From an uncultured Anaerolinea sp. (lineage in GTDB: Bacteria > Chloroflexota > Anaerolineae > Anaerolineales > Villigracilaceae): a stretch of 64,000 nucleotides of DNA. The first letter of the stretch is position 1; each line of letters begins with the position of its first letter. The position numbers and the translations under genes are program-made. Positions 60,209-64,000 of the stretch are shown here, piece after piece. The stretch is taken from positions 6,980-70,979 of the forward strand of contig CAYLZI010000001.1 in NCBI GenBank assembly GCA_964388215.1, in the 5' to 3' direction. The notes beneath the pieces are model-generated. The model made no database searches and had not been told where the DNA came from. It saw only the letters and a program-made list of their open reading frames with translations.

Positions 60209-61489
60209 TTAAATCTGCTTGAGAGACACCATAACCTTATCCACGCGGTTGCCGTCCATATCCATTACCTCGAAGCGCAGCCCCCCCCACTCGAACATGT
60301 CGGATTCGTGCGGCACACTGCCCAGGTGGTTCATGATAAAGCCGCCTAGAGTTTCGTATTCGTCCTCATCGGGAAGGTGGCGGATGTTGAAAATTTCCTT
60401 AAAGTCTTCAACATCCAGCATTCCATCGAGCAGCCACGAACCATCTTGACGTTGGGTGGCTTGCGGCTCGCCATCTTGAATATCGCCCACAATTTCCTCG
60501 AGGATGTCGCTGATGGTCAGCAAGCCTTCCACCGAGCCAAATTCATCAACGACAATGAGCATTTCTGCTTCACCTGCTTTGAAAACTTCGAGCGCGCGCG
60601 AGGCGTGCGCAGTTTCGGGGACGTAAGTGACCGATTGCAAGTTCAATTTCAAGCGCAGGGGCGCGCCATGCAGGCTTTCGAGCAACAGGTCGCGGGCTTT
60701 GATGACGCCCAGCACCGTATCGAGGCTGTCTTCGCAGACCGGGAATTGGGAGAAAGGGCTTTCTTCGATGACCTTTTTGATTTCTTCGGGCGAATCATTC
60801 ACATCCAGCCAGACGATTTCGGAGCGCGGGGTCATTAATGAGAACACCCGCCGGTCGTGCAAGCGGAAAACGCCCTCGACCATATCCTGTTCCACTTCGC
60901 CAAAAACACCCGCTTGAGTGCCTTGGTCTAGTTGTACCAGAAGTTCCTCTTCTGTCACCGGCGGCTCCAGGTTGGGTTTAACGCCCAACAGGCGCAGCAT
61001 CAGGTCTGTCGAAGCGCCTAGTAGCCATACCAGCGGAGAAAACAGGCGCGAGACGAACAGCATTGGCCCGGCAACAATCATTGCTGCCCGCTCTGGGTTA
61101 TGGAGCGCGAGCCGCTTGGGAACCAACTCGCCCAGCACCAAAGACAGGCTGGTGATAACCAATACGACGCTGCCCAGGGCAATTGAACCGGCATGTTCTG
61201 CCAGCCAGGGCACGTCGTCTATCCATGCCGCCACTGGTTCAGCGATTGCCGCGCCACCGACCGCGCCAGCCAGCACGCCGATAAGCGTAATCCCGATTTG
61301 TACTGTTGATAGAAAAGCATTGGGGCTTTCTGCCAGATGCAGAGCTGTTTTTGCGCCCAGGTCGCCTTCATTGACCCTCTGTTGAAGGCGCGCCTTGCGA
61401 GATGAAACAACTGCCATTTCTGAAAGTGCAAAAACACCGTTGAGAACAATGAGTAGAAAGACGATTAGTATTTCTAGGCTTACATCCAT
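60209..61489 (-). CDS. Hemolysin/CNNM family protein (DUF21-CBS pair-CorC_HlyC)
   Basis: N-terminal DUF21 membrane domain (LNGVFALSEMAVVSSRK), a CBS pair, and a C-terminal CorC/HlyC transporter-associated domain. Confidence 0.85.
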   Translation of the reverse strand: MDVSLEILIVFLLIVLNGVFALSEMAVVSSRKARLQQRVNEGDLGAKTALHLAESPNAFLSTVQIGITLIGVLAGAVGGAAIAEPVAAWIDDVPWLAEHAGSIALGSVVLVITSLSLVLGELVPKRLALHNPERAAMIVAGPMLFVSRLFSPLVWLLGASTDLMLRLLGVKPNLEPPVTEEELLVQLDQGTQAGVFGEVEQDMVEGVFRLHDRRVFSLMTPRSEIVWLDVNDSPEEIKKVIEESPFSQFPVCEDSLDTVLGVIKARDLLLESLHGAPLRLKLNLQSVTYVPETAHASRALEVFKAGEAEMLIVVDEFGSVEGLLTISDILEEIVGDIQDGEPQATQRQDGSWLLDGMLDVEDFKEIFNIRHLPDEDEYETLGGFIMNHLGSVPHESDMFEWGGLRFEVMDMDGNRVDKVMVSLKQI

Positions 61490-61548
61490 TTTGCTTGTTT
61501 TACCTCGAGGAATTCAACGTACTTCACCCAAAATTTTGGTGTTTCATT

Positions 61549-62613
61549 TTACCGTACAACGTCAATTCCTGCGCCTTCGGCAACCTCGCCCACCACCCAA
61601 ATCGGCTGATTCAATTCACGCGCGCGTTTCTCAAAGAGAGAGAGTTTCTCGGCTGAAACGGAAAGCAACAGCCCGCCGCTGGTTTGGGCATCGAACAGGA
61701 GCATTTGTTCCATTTCGCTGATTCCTTCGTCAAAATGGACGTATTCGCCATAAAACAGGCGATTGTCTGCCGAGCCGCCGGGGAAAATCCATTGTTCGGC
61801 ATATTTGCGGGCGCAGGAAATGAATGGAATTTTGTCAAATTCGAGGCGGAAGCGGGACCCCGAAGCGTTAGACATCTCCCATCCATGCCCGAGCAGGCTG
61901 AAGCCGGTAATATCGGTTCCGGCGCGGATTTCAAACTCATTCGCCAATTGCCCGGCCTTTGCGTTGAGGCTGCTCATCCAGCCGGTGGCCTCGTTCACAT
62001 CCTCCGGCGCGGCCACTCCGCGCTTGAGGGCAGTGGTCGTCACGCCAAAACCGAGCGGTTTGGTCAATATTAGAAAGTCGCCAGGTTTTGCGCCGCCTTT
62101 GGTCATCATTTTTTGCGGATGAACAAAACCAAGCGCCACCAGCCCAAATTTCGGTTCTTTATCTTGAACCGTGTGCCCGCCCGCCACCACCACGCCCGCT
62201 TCGCGGCATTTTTCCGCGCCGCCGCGCAAAATTTCACTGGCAAATTCGGTAGGCAAATCGGGCGGCAGGGCGGCAATGTTGAGAGCCAGGAAGGGCTGCC
62301 CGCCCATGGCGTAAATATCTGAAAGCGAGTTGGCTGCCGCAATCGCGCCGTATTCGTAGGGCGAATCGACCACTGGAGTAAAGAAATCGGTCGTCACCAC
62401 CAGGGCGCGCGCGTCATCCAGCCGCCAGACCGCCGCATCGTCGGGGCCAGCCAGCCCAACCAGCAAATCCGGGTACTCGCCCGGCTGGAACAAATTAGAG
62501 ACAGGGCGCAGAACCTGCGCCAGCGTTTCCGCATTAAGTTTAGATGCTCAACCAGCGCAGCTGGAAAGCGTCGTAAGGCGGATTTGACGCCCAGAAGTGG
62601 CATTTTCATTCAT
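61549..62613 (-). CDS. selD: Selenide, water dikinase (selenophosphate synthetase) with in-frame UGA (Sec) at codon 22
   Basis: Tracked ORF 61549-62493 (...LLVGLAGPDDAAVWRL, TTDFFTPVVD, SDIYAMGG) lacks the N-terminus. The same frame upstream reads MNENATSGRQIRLTTLSSCAG-TGA-ASKLNAETLAQVLRPVSN from ATG 62613. The TGA (62548-62550) aligns with the Cys/Sec of the GAGCGCK motif. Confidence 0.85.
62505..62521 (-). promoter_or_regulatory. Candidate SECIS stem-loop for selD
   Basis: Minus strand reads GGCGCAG-GUU-CUGCGCC (7-bp perfect stem), starting 26 nt downstream of the UGA. Confidence 0.5.
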
Positions 62614-62772
62614 TGATAAACTCCAAAGCGATATCAGGTTTTTATTTTACTCCAGCAAACCGGCTGACCGATTACTTTTTCTCGAATCGATAGGCCTTGA
62701 CCTGCGCCTTTTCCAACGTCACCAGCCCGGCAGAGATGCGCGGGGCAACGATACCGAGCAGGTTTACTGGCA

Positions 62773-63642
62773 TTATTCGCCACTCCCGCCCAAATTTATT
62801 TCAGGAATGTGGACGGTTTTCTCCTTGCCCAATTCAATCGAACGTTCGTAGGCTGCCCAGATGGCGCGCGAGACGGCAGTGCGAAAACCGGCTTTTTCGA
62901 GATAGTATAACGCCTGGGCAGTCGTCCCACCGGGGGATGTGACCTGGTTGCGAAGGGTTGCGACGTGCGCCTGGTCTCTCTGATTGCGCGACTCAAAATA
63001 GGCCACCGAGCCTTTGAGCGTCTCCACCACCAACCGCTCTGAAACCTGACGCGAAAAGCCCATGTGAACACCCGCATCAATCATTGCTTCCATGAATAGG
63101 AAAATATAGGCTGGCCCCGTGCCTGAAAGCGCGGTCGCCATATCAAGATAATTCTCATCATCCACCTCGACCTGCTCTCCTAACGCGCCAATGACCGCCC
63201 GCGCCAGTTCCTTCTGCGCCTGGCTGGCCGCGGGGGAGGACATCCAGACAGTAATGCCCTGGCCGATTTGGGCGGGTGTATTAGGCATTGAACGCACAAT
63301 CGCTTCATGGCCCAGTCCATGACCAATTTTGGTAATTTTTGCCCCAGCCACAATTGAAAGAACCAGGGCATGAGGGGCAATTGCGCCTCGCAGGCCTTTG
63401 AGCACTTCGGTCAGACGCTGCGGCTTAACCGAGAGAACTACCAGGTCGGCGCCCTCAACGGCGAGACGATTATCGGTAAATGGCCGGGTCCCATAGCGCT
63501 CGCGCAAGTCTTCCACACGCTGGGCATGAACATCCGCTGTCAACATATCTGCAGGATTCGCCAACCCCTGACGGATGAGTCCGGCGATCATGGCTTCGCC
63601 CATTGCGCCTGAACCGATAAAAGCAATTTTTTTATTCAGCAT
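62773..63642 (-). CDS. proC: Pyrroline-5-carboxylate reductase
   Basis: Motifs KIAFIGSGAMGEAMIAGL, SVKPQ, MPNTPA and SPGGTT. Confidence 0.9.
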   Translation of the reverse strand: MLNKKIAFIGSGAMGEAMIAGLIRQGLANPADMLTADVHAQRVEDLRERYGTRPFTDNRLAVEGADLVVLSVKPQRLTEVLKGLRGAIAPHALVLSIVAGAKITKIGHGLGHEAIVRSMPNTPAQIGQGITVWMSSPAASQAQKELARAVIGALGEQVEVDDENYLDMATALSGTGPAYIFLFMEAMIDAGVHMGFSRQVSERLVVETLKGSVAYFESRNQRDQAHVATLRNQVTSPGGTTAQALYYLEKAGFRTAVSRAIWAAYERSIELGKEKTVHIPEINLGGSGE

Positions 63643-63681
63643 TTTTTACTCCTATAGCAGGCTGCATGGATATTTCTCCAT

Positions 63682-63707
63682 AAAAAAGCGGAAGCAAGCT
63701 TCCGCGC
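63682..63707 (-). terminator. Rho-independent terminator of ruvA
   Basis: Minus strand reads GCGGAAG-CUUG-CUUCCGC followed by UUUUUUAU, about 25 nt after the ruvA stop. Confidence 0.75.
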
Positions 63708-63731
63708 TCAAGACTGCTCACTGATTACTGA

Positions 63732-64000
63732 TTACTGGAAATACCCCAGCGCCATCCGCAACTTCTCTTCCACATCGTCAGGGGCGTCCTTGGGTAAAGA
63801 TTGCAGCGCCGACTGGGCTTCGATGACCGAGTAGCCGAGCGCGGTCAGGGCGGCCAGTACTTCTGAATCGGTATCAGACATAGCGGCGATTTTTTCCAAC
63901 CCGCTGGCAGGTTTGAGCCGGTCTTTGAGATAGAGTAACATCTTTTGGGCGGTTTTCTTGCCCACGCCAGGGACGCGGCTGAGCAAGTCTGCTTCTTCAC
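63732..64000 (-). CDS. ruvA: Holliday junction helicase subunit RuvA (3' part; start beyond window)
   Basis: Helix-hairpin-helix LSRVPGVGKKTAQKMLLYLKDRL and C-terminal domain III (LTALGYSVIEAQSAL). The frame stays open to the window end. Confidence 0.85.
   Translation of the reverse strand, partial: EEADLLSRVPGVGKKTAQKMLLYLKDRLKPASGLEKIAAMSDTDSEVLAALTALGYSVIEAQSALQSLPKDAPDDVEEKLRMALGYFQ

Noticed and set aside
62394-62609. 71-aa ORF upstream of the tracked selD ORF
   Set aside because: It is out of frame with, and overlaps, the true selD N-terminus, which is interrupted only by the Sec TGA. It has no family resemblance.

Overview
High-GC, gene-dense bacterial chromosomal window with about 60 protein genes, most on the minus strand. 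I found no rRNA, tRNA or CRISPR array. Housekeeping genes sit at the edges: a guaB fragment at the 5' end, and efp, birA, rho, ggt, selD, proC and a ruvA fragment at the 3' end. Three accessory blocks lie between them. (i) 4638-15929 is a nine-gene minus-strand operon that reads as a non-canonical type VII (WXG100/EccC) secretion locus. It encodes an EccC-like triple P-loop ATPase, five tandem WXG100-like genes, a tail-anchored predicted pseudokinase, a ubiquitin-like/FHA/FHA protein and a VWA-TM-FHA protein. None of the canonical actinobacterial or firmicute membrane partners is present, and the block looks lower in G+C than its surroundings. This is my best candidate for the undescribed system. 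(ii) 18834-22580 is a ferredoxin / FAD oxidoreductase / His-rich membrane protein / 18-heme cytochrome c module bracketed by two IS remnants. (iii) 29383-50710 is a 19-gene co-directional catabolic island headed by an XRE-cupin regulator. It combines YgeW-, YgeY-, SsnA- and XdhD-like genes (the E. coli anaerobic purine-catabolism neighbourhood) with UbiD, an LLM oxidoreductase, URO-D-fold paralogues, two FolM/PTR1-like SDRs and a 2-oxoacid dehydrogenase E1/E2 set. Other points: selD is a selenoprotein gene (in-frame TGA plus downstream hairpin) that the ORF track splits. A patatin gene is frame-disrupted at its oxyanion-hole motif. A 142-bp palindromic MITE with a 9-bp target duplication sits in front of an alaX-like gene. 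Two families of short GC-rich repeats occur both intergenically and as in-frame insertions inside conserved enzymes. All functional calls come from motif recognition by eye and from recalled family sequences; no database search or computation was run.
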